From positions 164,010,100 to 164,074,099 of the forward strand of contig NC_068982.1 in assembly GCF_001194135.2 (NCBI RefSeq): a stretch of 64,000 bases of DNA, given 5' to 3'. The position numbers and the translations under genes are program-made. Below the pieces are notes generated by a model. The model worked only from the letters and a program-made list of their open reading frames with translations, was not told the origin of the DNA and searched no databases. This DNA is from Octopus bimaculoides (Eukaryota). This document shows, in pieces, positions 51,571 to 63,904 of this stretch; position 1 is the first letter of the stretch, and every line of letters starts with the position of its first letter.

Positions 51571-52819
51571 AATAAGGGCAGAGAATCGTCAATTAATAAT
51601 AGAATTAATAATTAACAATTTTGCCAAGCAGTTCAGCATGAAAAAAACCTTTATCGGTAAAACTATTTATCATAATAAATATNNNNNNNNNNNNNNNNNN
51701 NNNNNNNNNNNNNNNNNNNNNNNNNNNNNNNNNNNNNNNNNNNNNNNNNNNNNNNNNNNNNNNNNNNNNNNNNNNNNNNNNNNNNNNNNNNNNNNNNNNN
51801 NNNNNNNNNNNNNNNNNNNNNNNNNNNNNNNNNNNNNNNNNNNNNNNNNNNNNNNNNNNNNNNNNNNNNNNNNNNNNNNNNNNNNNNNNNNNNNNNNNNN
51901 NNNNNNNNNNNNNNNNNNNNNNNNNNNNNNNNNNNNNNNNNNNNNNNNNNNNNNNNNNNNNNNNNNNNNNNNNNNNNNNNNNNNNNNNNNNNNNNNNNNN
52001 NNNNNNNNNNNNNNNNNNNNNNNNNNNNNNNNNNNNNNNNNNNNNNNNNNNNNNNNNNNNNNNNNNNNNNNNNNNNNNNNNNNNNNNNNNNNNNNNNNNN
52101 NNNNNNNNNNNNNNNNNNNNNNNNNNNNNNNNNNNNNNNNNNNNNNNNNNNNNNNNNNNNNNNNNNNNNNNNNNNNNNNNNNNNNNNNNNNNNNNNNNNN
52201 NNNNNNNNNNNNNNNNNNNNNNNNNNNNNNNNNNNNNNNNNNNNNNNNNNNNNNNNNNNATATATATGATATATATGTATGTATACACACAGACATATAT
52301 ATATATATATACACACACATATGCACACATACTTATGTATGCGCTTGTATGTGTGAGTGTGTAAGTTGTGCGTATGTGGAGCGAATAAATAAAGTATTCC
52401 AGAGATAATTTACTCGTAGCTTTACGAACATGAAACCATTATTCAAACAAATAAGCACATCTAAGTATCTACTTTAAAAGTGAAACGGTAAAAATTTAAG
52501 GTTTTTTGATGCTGTCGAATACTGCACATATGCTATAAAACAAGAAATAAAGGAAGCAAGTGCAGTGTCCCTTGGGCAACAGGTTTTCATCAGAGAATTG
52601 CTTTGAAACTGTGGTTACCGATACAGACTGTTTATTACTAGTTTGCTTCGGCAAGACAGAAATACCATTTTAACAGAGGGAAAGCTGAGCAGCAGTATTT
52701 ATGGCGACCATTCTTGTTTCTGTCTATAAATTAATTCGGATGACTTTATCTAGGAATCGAAACCATGAATTAAACTCCACTCGCAGTAAGCATTATTTTT
52801 AATTCATAACTCTCATACT

Positions 52820-53178
52820 AGGCGTAGCTGTATGGTAAGAGACTTGCTTCCCAACCGCATGGTTCCGGATTCAGTCCCACTGCGTGGTACCTTGAGCAAG
52901 CGTCGTGTACTATAGACTCGGGCCGACCAAAGCCTTGTGAGCGGATTTGGTAGACGGAAACTAAAAGAAGCTTGTCGTATATGTATATACTTATGTATGT
53001 GTTTGTACTCCACCATTCGCTTGAGAACCGATGCTGGTGCGTTTACGTCTCCGTAACTTAATGGTTCAGCAGAAGACACTGGTGGAATAAGTTCAAAGCT
53101 TACAAAGAATAAATCCTGGGGTCGATATCTTCGACCCCAGAATGGATCCAGTTAAATGACTGAAAAAATAAAAGAATA
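52820..53178 (+). mobile_element. SINE family B copy
   Basis: ggcgtagctgtatggtaagagacttgcttcccaaccgcatggttccggattcagtcccactgcgtgg...ggtagacggaaactaaaagaagc...aaatgactgaaaaaataaaag. Confidence 0.85.
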
Positions 53179-53232
53179 TTTAATTGATGATAATGTATAC
53201 AGTAAAGACAAAATAAACGAANNNNNNNNNNC

Positions 53233-53437
53233 CGAAAGGCACAAGACCTGAAATGTTGGGGAGGGAAATAGTCGATTACATCGACCCCAGTATTTCACTT
53301 GTACTTAATTTATCGATCCCGAAAGGATAAAAGGCAAAGTCGATGTCAGCGGAGTTTGAACTCAGAACGTAAGGACAGACGAAGTATTGCTAAGCATTTT
53401 GCCTGGCATGCTAACGATTCTGCCAGTTTGCCGCCTT

Positions 53438-53520
<83 letters not shown>

Positions 53521-53928
53521 CAACAACAGCAACAATAATAATAATCCTTTCTACTATAGGCACAACGCCTAAAATTTGGGGTGCGATGGTCGAGTACATC
53601 GACTCAGTACACAACTGCAACTTATTTTATCGACCCGAAAACAGGATGAAAAGTAAAGCCGACCTCAGCGGAGTTTGAACTCAAAACGTGAAGACGGACG
53701 AAATATCACGAAGCATGTTGCCCGAGGCAGCTTGGAGGAGGTGGGGATGAGTCGATTACCTCGACCCCAGTGTTCAGCTGGTACTTATTTTATCGACCCC
53801 CCCCGGAAGGATGAAAGGCAAAGTCGACCTCGGTGGAATTTGAACTTAGATATAGATCGTAAAGCCGGAGGAAATGCCGCGAAGCATTTTATCCGGATTG
53901 CTAACGATTCAGCCATCTCACTGCCTAA
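53233..53928 (-). mobile_element. Tandem cluster of three SINE family A copies (53233-53438, 53546-53725, 53735-53928)
   Basis: Three colinear reverse-complement family A bodies; (AAC)n(AAT)n at 53439-53545 separates the first two. Confidence 0.85.
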
Positions 53929-53959
53929 ATAATAGTAATTATAATAACAATGCAGCTGA

Positions 53960-56542
53960 TAATAGAACAAGGAAGATGAAGTGGACCATCGAAGAAAACA
54001 GGATAGTGATACAGAGCTACTTAGAAAGTGAACCTTCAAGTAGGGGGCTGTAGAAAATGGATGTTAACAATTTGGGTAGAGAAGGGTACGTTTAAAGTGA
54101 TTGAGCAGAAATTAGTCGATCAAGCTAATGCTATTTGAAGAAGAAAGCGAATGACAGAGTTGGATGGGGAAGAGATCACAAAAGAACTGGAAAAGAAAGA
54201 CGAGGCAGTGGGAAAGACAGACAACAACATAAGAGATACAGCTCAAACCAAAGAAGAGCCTAAAAGAAAAAAGTTATAACAGCGCTACCAATATGGAGGG
54301 GACAACTGGCAGCAACGACTTAAGTGATTTAAGTGAGGAAGATCGGAAGATTTTAGATGAGTTGCAGGAAGTAATGAGTGAAGAAGTAAGAAAAAGATTG
54401 CCAGCATTAAAAGGCGCCAACAGAAGGAAGCTGCTAGAAATGACTAGGAAAGTAGATTCTATTATCAGTTGGATAGATACTAAAAATATAGGAGACACTA
54501 ATTTACTGATCTATGCAGGAGGGGTAGTAGTGACCAGAAGATTAAATATTTCACAGGGAAAAATTAAAAAGGGCAAATGTGGAAAAGGAGACTACAAAAT
54601 CAAGTGAAGACTTTAAGAAAAGTTCTGAGTAGAACAAGCCTGGAAAACAAACAAGTTAGAGAACACAAGATGCAAATCTTGCCTCGAGGAAAGATACTTA
54701 GTCAAAGAGAAAGGATTTGGGACAATAATAGAAGAGTTGAAACAGAATATCATAGCAGTAGCAGGAAGACACTCCAGATATCAGAAAATAATAGATCAGT
54801 ATCAACAGAATAGATTATTTGAGACAGACAAGAGGAAATTTTATAACCAAATATATAGTGGAGAACGAAGTACTGAAGATGAGAACCCTAATGCAGAGGA
54901 AGTTAGAAAGTTCTGGAGTAGTATTTGGGATAAACCAGTCAATCATGATGGAGATGCAGTATGGATAAAGAAAGTGAGGGAAGAAGCAGTGAGTGAGAAG
55001 CAGCCAGATCTAAGATTAACTAATGCATTAATGAGTAAAGTGTTAGGAAAAATGTCGAATTGGAAGGGCTCAGGACCAGATTTAGTTCAAAGGTACTGGC
55101 TAAAGAAATTCAGTAGTTTACATGAGAGGCTGAAGGAACAACTTCAGGATTGCCTTAATGGAGGAATAATACCAGATTGGATGACTAGAGGGAGGACAAT
55201 ACTCATCATAAAGGATAAGAGCAAGGGTAATACAACTAGCAACTATAGACCAATCACTTGCTCACCATCAGTGTGGAAGCTGTTAACTGGAATGCTTTCA
55301 GAAGACATTTACAAGCACCTTGATAACTAGAATTTACTATCAGAAGAACAGAACGGTTGCTGGAAGAAGGCTAAAAGAAGGCTATATAGACAAAGCGGTT
55401 CTAAATGAAGTAAAAGTCAGAAAGAAAAATGTAACAATAGCATGGATAGATTATAGGAAAGCCTATGACATGATCCCACATTCATGGATAAGTGAATGTT
55501 TGAGTATATTCAGTAGAGCAGATAACGTAAGAGAATTAATTAGCTTTAGCATGAAGAAATGGAAAGTAGATCTCTACTCAGGTGACACACTCTTAGGGCA
55601 AGTTAATATCAAACGAGGAATTTTCCAGAGGGACTTGTTGACCCCTCTAATATTTGTTTTATGTTTGATCCCGCCACAGTTTAGTATTAAGGAAGGCAAA
55701 GGTAGAGTATCAGTTCAGAAATAGTAATGGCAAAATTAACCATTTGCTCTCCATGGATGATCTGAAGCTTTTTAGTAAGAATGAAAAAGAGCAGATGGCC
55801 AAACATTAAAATCATTGAAAGGAGGAGAGAGTTATAAGTATCTAGGAGTATTAGAATCTGACAGAGTACTAACTACAGAAATGAAAACGAAAACTGAGAA
55901 AGAGTACATCAGAAGAGTGAGGAAGCTAATGAAGTCAAAGCTAAATAGTTCAAATCTAGGGAAGGCTGTAAATACTTAGGCAGTATCGTTACTTAGATAC
56001 TCAGCAGCTTTTGTAGATTGCACAAAAACGGAATTAGCAAACCTAGACTAAAGAAATAGGAAGGAATTCAATATGAATGGAGGACTCCGTCGCAGGGCAG
56101 GAGTAGCAAGCTTATACCTACCTAGAAAGGAAGGTGGAAAAGGGTTAATATCAGTAGAAGACTGCGTGGAGTTAGCTAGGGTAGATATAGACTCTTATCT
56201 AGGTAATAGTGAAGAAAGTTTATTAAAAGCTGCTAGAGTTACAGCAAGATATACGGAAACCAAAACACTAAACGAACTTAAACATCAGAAAAAAGAACAG
56301 AAATTATCTGACTGGCAGTAGAAGGCTTTGCATGGTAAATTCCCAAAGATAGTTGCAGCAAATAGTAGCGATGAGACATGTTTGTGTCTGCAGAAATGAA
56401 AGCTGAAGAGGGAGACAGACAGTTTGTTAGTAGCTGCACCAGATCAAGCATTTAGGACTAACTGGATAAAAGCCAAGATACACAAAAAGCAAGTAGATTC
56501 CCAATCCAATGTAGATTATGCAAATGAAAACAGGAAAGCGTT
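53960..56542 (+). pseudogene. Near-full-length decayed R4/Dong-like LINE ORF (N-terminal domain, RT, start of Zn knuckle; REL domain missing)
   Basis: N-terminus RKMKWTIEENRIVIQSYLESEP. RT motifs NYRPITCSPSVWKLLTG, WIDYRKAYDMIPHSWI, IKRGIFQRDLLTPLIF, INHLLSMDDLKLF, SYKYLGVLESD, LYLPRKEGGKGL, then CRLCK at about 56510. Multiple stops and frameshifts. Confidence 0.9.
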
Positions 56543-56547
56543 GCTGT

Positions 56548-57138
56548 TATTGGCCTTTCACAGACCTCATCACTGATCTAGTTTTGTCAGCAGCTGTTAT
56601 TGGCCTTTCACAGGAATCCGCATCCCTATCCGAGAGATACAGTAGGCTGTCGAGGTAAGCGGTAAAGTCTACTTCCGTCTCAAATCCAAACCGCTTTTGC
56701 GACGTCCCACTATAAAACCGCATAAATCTCATGCACCCTTCCCAATCTGTCAAGGTCTGAATTGTGACTCTGCTACCACCTTGTGTCTCTGTAGCCCGTG
56801 TCTCTGTAACGAAGGATGTAATATTCCTTACACAAAGCAATAAATTTGGAACAATAGTAGCAGAATTCAAGTCGGAAGATGTAGCAAGGAGGATGGCCAT
56901 AAAAATGGTGAAAACGGATGAAGTAGTTCTTCTACCCATGTATCTTGGAAGAAGGACATCTAGGGTCAAGGTAGAAGGAATACCGCCTGATATGGAAGCG
57001 GCTTGGGTGGCGGAGGCTGTACTCCTCGGAAGTGAGGAAAAGGTGTCTGTTATCCAAGCCACGTCAACTGAAGATGCGGCGTGGAAGGGGAAATCATTGG
57101 AGATGAACATTCAAACTGAGAGAGAAACACAATTTTGA
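56548..57138 (+). mobile_element. Unrelated ORF1/gag-like fragment of a second retroelement (putative)
   Basis: 56764..57138 is open (TLLPP...SNKFGTIVAEFKSEDVARRMAIK...VLLPMYLGRRTSRVKVEGIPP...). The same frame continues upstream to about 56614 with three stops. GC-richer than the flanks. The family assignment rests on recollection of LINE ORF1-like proteins only. Confidence 0.45.
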
Positions 57139-58140
57139 CTTTTCTCCTTTCAGAGTAGATAAGACAAGTATCAGTTGAACACTGAGGTCGATGTAATCAA
57201 CTTACACTCCTCTCGCAAGTTGCTGTCCTTGTGCCAAAACTACTAATCAGTATTATATACACGTATATCTTTATTCCAGTACTCGTCTTCAATGCATAGA
57301 TGTATGACCTTCATACCTGAAGATAGAAATAATTATTTTAAAACCACTATTTGGTAATAACCGCCAAACTTGGACACACATTCCCCAACATTTCAGGTCG
57401 TGTGGTTTTGTTAGTTACGATATTATCTATCTGGAATGCTCTCTACTATTCCTTTTGTCTCTCACCACTCTCTCTATCCTTTACTCTCTAAAAAGCAGAA
57501 CCATTAAAGTAAATAATGCAAAAGTACAAACGATCTACCACTTCAGTTAAACCACCGTCCTATGACCTAAAGTCAATTAAATGGTCACAACGGTAGAAAC
57601 TGGATTAAATGCTTTATGGTATTATTTTCAAGTCTCTACTTTTAAGTTCAAATCCATTAATCTAAGATGGATCGATAAAATACATATCAATTTTGCTTAT
57701 TGGTTGATACGGTCGATTATACCACGCCTTACGTATTTGCTACCGTGTGTTTAATGTAAGAAATCAATATGAACGTAAATAAGGTCAATAGGGCATCCTG
57801 CACAATTATTAAAGCATTTTGTTTGCTACTTCGATTACTTCGATTTACCCGCTTCAGCATTCACCTAGGCCGTTGTAATTTGGGGGTAAATTAAAGAATC
57901 ATCAAATCATACATATACTGTGTTGATTGATTGCATTATATTCCTAGTCAACAAAAAATCGTCTTATACCTAAGTCATAAATCTATAGTAACACGTTTCT
58001 GTTATGAGCAGTGTAAAACGGGTAGAGATATTGCAAGTTGCAGTTTTGATTTGGTTCCTATTTATTATTGGAAGTATGTAAAATAAGGTTTATAACAGTT
58101 CTATGCATTCAGAATTCGTATATTATATATAAGTGTTCCA

Positions 58141-58171
58141 CACACACGCACGCATGCACACACACACACGC

Positions 58172-58236
<65 letters not shown>
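58141..58236. repeat. (CA)n microsatellite
   Basis: Directly visible. Confidence 0.97.
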
Positions 58237-58241
<5 letters not shown>

Positions 58242-58271
58242 GTATTTTATCACATGCAAATATTTAATATT

Positions 58272-58900
58272 AGTTTCAAATTTTGGCACAATGCCACCAA
58301 TTTCGGGACAGGGAGTAAGTCGATTACATCAGCCCAGTGCTCAACAGGTATTTATTTTATCGACCCTGAAAGGATGAAAGGCAAAGTCGACCAAGGCGGA
58401 GTTTGAACTCTGAACGCAAAGACGGACGAAATGACGCTAAGTATTTTGTCCGGCGTGCTAACGATTGTCAGTTCGCCGCCTTACTCCTTAGCGGCATTTC
58501 TTCCGATTTTAATTTCTGAGTTTAAATGCCGCTGATGTCGACTTTGTCTTTTATCCATTTAGGACTGATAAAATAAGTAACAGTTAAACACTAGGATCGA
58601 CGTAATCGACTTATCCTCTCTCACTAAATTGCCAGCTCTGGGCCCAAAATTGAAACCAGTATTACTACTTGCTTTAAAAGGCAGGGGACCGGCACAATCG
58701 TTCAGGGCGGAGGACAGAAATGCTTACGGTATTTCTTCCGAGTCCTCGCATTCAGAGTTCAAATTCCATCGGAGTCAATTGGCTTTTCATCCTTGCAGGA
58801 GTCGGTAATATTAAGAATCTGTTAAGTGCTGAGATCGATGGTAGCAACTAATTATCTCCCTTTGAAAATTGTTGACCTTGTATTGACATTAGAGACAATT
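58272..58900. mobile_element. SINE family A cluster: minus copy 58272-58482, plus copies 58487-58665 and 58677-58900
   Basis: Family A motifs occur in both orientations (gtttcaaattttggcac...gttcgccgcctt; cttagcggcatttc...aaaattgaaacc; aaggcagggg...gagttcaaattcc). Confidence 0.78.
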
Positions 58901-59879
58901 CTTACGGTTTGTCCCAAGAAGATGAGTGAGCTCGCACACTCGTCAGAGCGTCATACAAAATGTCTGGTATTATTTGTTCTGGGTTTTTACATTCTGCTTT
59001 CAAATCTCAATGTCAACTTTGCTTTCAATCCTTTTGAAGTCGATAAAAATAAAGTACCCGCAAAATATCGGGGTGGCGTGGATGGTTTAGACTAACACGC
59101 TCCCTGGCCCCGTACCCTTATTGCTATTTGCTTATCCCACACAATAGTGTAGATAAACAGAATAGGTTGCTCAGTGATATCTGTCAACGTACGATCAGTC
59201 TTATTGTTTTTATTTATAAGGAGACAATCGATTATATAAACTTAAAGATTGGACTGGAAATTTTTATAATTGATCGCTATTTTTTTTTACAGCAGTTGAT
59301 TAGTTATATAAATAAAATCATTAAATTTTCAATGTTTATCAAATAAATTGTATTATTTTATTTTGAATATAGTTAGTAGTAATACGTTAAAATAGTTAAT
59401 TCATCTCTTTGGTTAGTTTAATTTTACAAAATTTGATCAATATATGATTTGAAAACATTTTATTATACATGCACGATGAAACATGAAGAGTTAAAAAAGT
59501 GCTATTTCCCTTTTCGCTTTTAACCCCAAAGATTCAGTGTGTTTGGCTGTTACACATGAACTGAAATTCTACTGAAGGGGATCGATAGTATGAGAAGATC
59601 GATTGAATCCATTATAAACCTTTCTCATGAAAATTATAGTGGAATTGTATATTATATCTACTATTGATTTTTCTCATCATTAGCACAAGGATATACATTT
59701 TGGGGGAAGGATAGAGTTTATTTAATCGATCCTTGTACTTGATGTTTTGTCTCCCTTAGCAGGATTTGAGCAGAAAATAGTGACTGGCTTCAACTTTGAC
59801 TCACGGCAATGTTGTAAAGCAATATAGATTTTTAACATAAGCACTATAGTTACACGCTTTATGGGTTATATTCTGATAT

Positions 59880-60601
59880 AACTCCAGAAATTTACTGGTA
59901 ACTAGGTTTACCCCCATAGCCACACCTGCACAATTATACACGATATTTAAGTAATCCATTTTCGTTTATTACCTTCAACAATGCGGGAAAATAAGCAAGA
60001 TACAAAAATATTATGGGAACCTAGTGGTAAATGCTAATATTTATGTAGTTCAATATCCTCATTCCAATACTAAATTTCAATACTTAATGATATGACTTAA
60101 ATATCATGTGAATGACACACGCTCTACACACTCTGAAGATAGAACTAATTCTACTTAAATCGTGACCTTTTTAATTGATACTCTCCATGGTCTCTCCGTA
60201 TCAAAAAATAAAAAAAGAACATTGTGACACCTCAGAGAGCAATCACAAAAAGTAATAAATGATATAACTGATCTTAAATTACTACGACCACCTTAACACA
60301 TCAAAACTCTATTCTCCCCAACGTCGACGGAATGCTATATCATTTACACAAGATATACAAATTGCCATTATCCCAAAACAAAGCAAAGAAGAGAAAGATC
60401 TGACCCTATTACCTTCAAACAATATCTGAACAAAAGGATACCAGACAAACTACCTACACATGGGTATATCTCAGTAAACAGCCATTCCCTATTTCAATGG
60501 GCAATAATATGAGTAGGAAACCTTAAAATAATTCAACATATTCTATCAGGTGATGCTATTGAGTTACAGATGACCCGGGGCCAATATTAACCGAACATAT
60601 C
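59880..60601 (+). mobile_element. Decayed CR1-like LINE 3' portion, same family as 33168-33950
   Basis: Peptides PQRAIT, YYDHLNTSKLYSPQRRR and IPDKLPTHGYISVNSHSLFQW. The 3' UTR tcaggtgatgctattgagttacagatgacccggggccaatattaaccgaacatatc aligns with the 3' UTR of the 33 kb copy. The 5' boundary is approximate. Confidence 0.65.
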
Positions 60602-61360
60602 TACATCTTATTTAAGATAAACTTTCAGATTTATCTGAACAATCACACACCTCCAAAAAAACCATATACCCATATCACCCCTATATTTAGCTTAATACAC
60701 GTATACACCTTTATAAGCACTCCCACCCCTCATCTCTCTTTGACTTTCCTATAAAATTAGTCTCATTAGTCCCTACACCACTCACTCATCTTTTTCCACC
60801 AACCTCTTTCTAATTACTCCCTTCTTTTATTTACTTGCATATTTTCTTCTGGTGAATGACTAACATCCGAAACGTCAAATAATACGTATCATATATATTA
60901 GATGATTATATATTTTGACATTAAATAGAAAAATTCCTCTCTGATATTTTGTATCTGTATGGGAAAGTTTTAACTATTTTTAAAAGCGCAAACGGGAATA
61001 CTTTAGATGAACTAAAGTAAGACATAATACAAATATTTAAATCTTTCGGCTTAAAAGTACCATAAAAAAAATAATGCACTTCTGAATTCATATTAAATTT
61101 ACACACTGGCTCAAATGATTTAAGAAAAGCTTACATAAATACGTGTTCGTATTATCCACAATAGTTCTTAAAATCTTATTAAATGATATCTATTGAAGAA
61201 TTTGGAATCTGTCTCTTACTGCGTATCTCTTCGTCGGAGACCTTACTACAACAATATCATTCAAGACGGAGGATTGAAAAGTTAGGTTAAGAGTATCCTC
61301 AGCTCCAGCCATCATAAAAAGAAACCGGAACATTATATACAATACGCTCGCCCGCATGGT

Positions 61361-61782
61361 TACTCTTTTACTTGTTTCAGTCATTTGACTGCGTCCATGC
61401 TGGAACACCGCCTTTAGTCGAGCAAATCGATCCCAGGACTTATTCTTTGTAAGCCTTGTACTTATTCTATCGTTCTCTTTTGCCGAACCGCTATGTTACG
61501 GGGATGTAAACACACCAGCATCGGTTGTCAAGTGATGTTGGGGGGACAAACACAGACACACAAACATACACACTCACTCATATGTACATATACACATATA
61601 CAACGGGCTTCTTTCAGTTTCCGTCTACCATATCCACTCACAAAGCTTTGGTGGGCTCGAGGCTATAGTAGAAAACACTTGCCCAAGGTGCCACGCAGTG
61701 GGAGTGATCCCAGAACCATGTGGTTAGTAAGCAAGCTACTTACCACACTACCACAGCAAGCTACTCACCACAGTCACTCCTG
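61361..61782 (-). mobile_element. SINE family B copy with a short tandem duplication in its head
   Basis: tactcttttacttgtttcagtcatttgactgcgtccatgctgg...gggcttctttcagtttccgtctacc...cacttgcccaaggtgccacgcagtggga. The motif gcaagctac(t)taccacac occurs twice within about 61731-61773. Confidence 0.88.
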
Positions 61783-62117
61783 TTAGTACGCCAAAATCAA
61801 CGAAACGTTAGCACACAACATCCCAGACGGCCGATTAATCAAGTAAGAACAGCACCATATGAACTGCTGAATGTGTTCTAAAACGTTGAAGAGGTAAGGG
61901 TATTAAATCTTTAAACACGATCCGTGGCACTTAAAGAATTCGCGGATAACAGGAATATGACTGAATGCCTAAACAAAAACATTCATTGAAAGAAAACACG
62001 CTAGTGAGTTCGGTTTTTGAAAGTGAACAGAGCCACCTTAAGTGCAATTGCGTTTCACCTTAAATAAGACAACCAGTAATAGAGATGTAGAAGTTCCATT
62101 TGATGATNNNNNNNNNN

Positions 62118-62177
<60 letters not shown>

Positions 62178-62589
62178 GGATTTCTTAATTTCTCAAAGAG
62201 CGTGGAATAATTCTTTTTGGAAGAGTGGATCTTCTTTATATACGTCTTGTATCCCACTGTCTGTCCAACGTGCGCACATTTCCCCACAGCTGCCAACAAC
62301 CTCTGTACTGTTTTCATTAACAGCTCGAATAATTCAGAGATTCGATGAAAGATTGGCTAATGTTTTACCGTTTATACAGCCAGCAGTTCGGGGCATTCTT
62401 AGCCATACACTGTCATTTGAACTGCGTATGCCAAGATAAACAGGATTACCGTTGTGATAGTTTTAGAACGGCGTATATTCAAACATTATTTTTTTTGTAA
62501 ATTATATAAAATAATATACATGAAATGAAATGATATAGATGTATTTTCGATATATTTATATAAATTATTTCACTAATTTATATATATAC

Positions 62590-62603
62590 ATATATAGCTG
62601 TCT

Positions 62604-62637
<34 letters not shown>

Positions 62638-62647
62638 NNNNNNNNNN

Positions 62648-62678
<31 letters not shown>

Positions 62679-63041
62679 AAATGGTGAATAAAGTAGGAAA
62701 GATCGAATTTATTGTATATTAAAACGAAATTGTAATAACTCAAACAAATATATACATATTTAAATGCTAAAGCCGTGACTGTATGTATGTATGTATGTAT
62801 GTATGTATGTATGTATGTGTGTGTGTGTGTATGTATGTATGCATGTATGTATGTATGCGTGTATGTATGTATGTATGTATGTGTGTGTATGTATGTATGC
62901 ATGTATGTATGTATGTGTGTATGTATGTATCTATCTATTAAGTATATAATATTGAGTTCTCTTTGTATTTCTGGCCTCCTTGATCTTTGATTCAAAAATT
63001 TCTTTCTTTCTCTTTCTCATTCTCTCTGTGTCTCACTGTCT

Positions 63042-63079
<38 letters not shown>

Positions 63080-63080
63080 T
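62590..63080. repeat. (TA)n/(TATG)n microsatellite field
   Basis: Directly visible. Confidence 0.93.
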
Positions 63081-63706
63081 GTATCAACAACATGTATCAA
63101 TATCATATGTGTGTGTGTTTTTGTATCATACATCGGATAATATGTTTGTACACATATATGTATGCACACACACACGTATAATACCTGATACACACACCAT
63201 TCCCATATAAAATATATACATATATAAATATGTTGCACAAACATAAATAACATTAGAAGTATAATTGGGAATGAAGAGCAACGTTATATGCACATACAGA
63301 CGTCAGCTGCTCTTCAGATATGAACAAATCTATCAGAATCAGTGAAGGAGAGAATATTTATGGACAGCTGCTTTGAAAACTATACCCACTCTAGCCAGAT
63401 TACAAATTTACATTTCTAAATAATCTTTAGCTGCCGGTTATTTTACTAATATGATAACACGGAGAAGCTGGAGTATCTAGGCAATGAAAGTGACCAGCAA
63501 TCACATAACTTTCAAATAAAATCTGTAAGCGAAACACTAAGGACATGCAACACTTTTCTGAAATTTTGGATATCACAATTTCCCGAATAGTTTCCATAAT
63601 ATGGACCACGGCACCGAGTTAAGCAGATATTTGGTCTTGAAGATCAGTTGGTTGGCTTTTATTTTGCGTTTCCTTAAAGTCGTCTTCTTGAAGACAAAAA
63701 AATGTT

Positions 63707-63868
63707 GGCGCTGCCGTGGCTGTGGAATAAGAAGTTTGCTTCCTTACCACATGGTTCCGTATTGAGTACTACTACGTAGCACCTTGGGCAAATGTCTTCC
63801 ACTATAGCCGCAGGCAGACCAAAGTCTTGTAAGTGAACTAGGCAGACGGAAACTAAAAGAAGCCCGTC

Positions 63869-63870
<2 letters not shown>
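63707..63870 (+). mobile_element. SINE family B 5' half
   Basis: ggcgctgccgtggctgtgg...accacatggttcc...gcaccttgggcaaatgtcttccactatagcc...agacggaaactaaaagaagcccgtcgt, then (AT)n. Confidence 0.8.

Positions 63871-63903
<33 letters not shown>

Positions 63904-63904
<1 letters not shown>

Noticed and set aside
53387-53620. Poly-Asn and poly-Val/Ile ORFs
   Set aside because: Translation of the (AAC)n(AAT)n array between SINEs.
56547-57110. 187-aa minus ORF antisense to the ORF1-like fragment
   Set aside because: It is codon-aligned with the plus-strand frame and has no independent domain signal; treated as a shadow ORF, although a profile search should confirm this.
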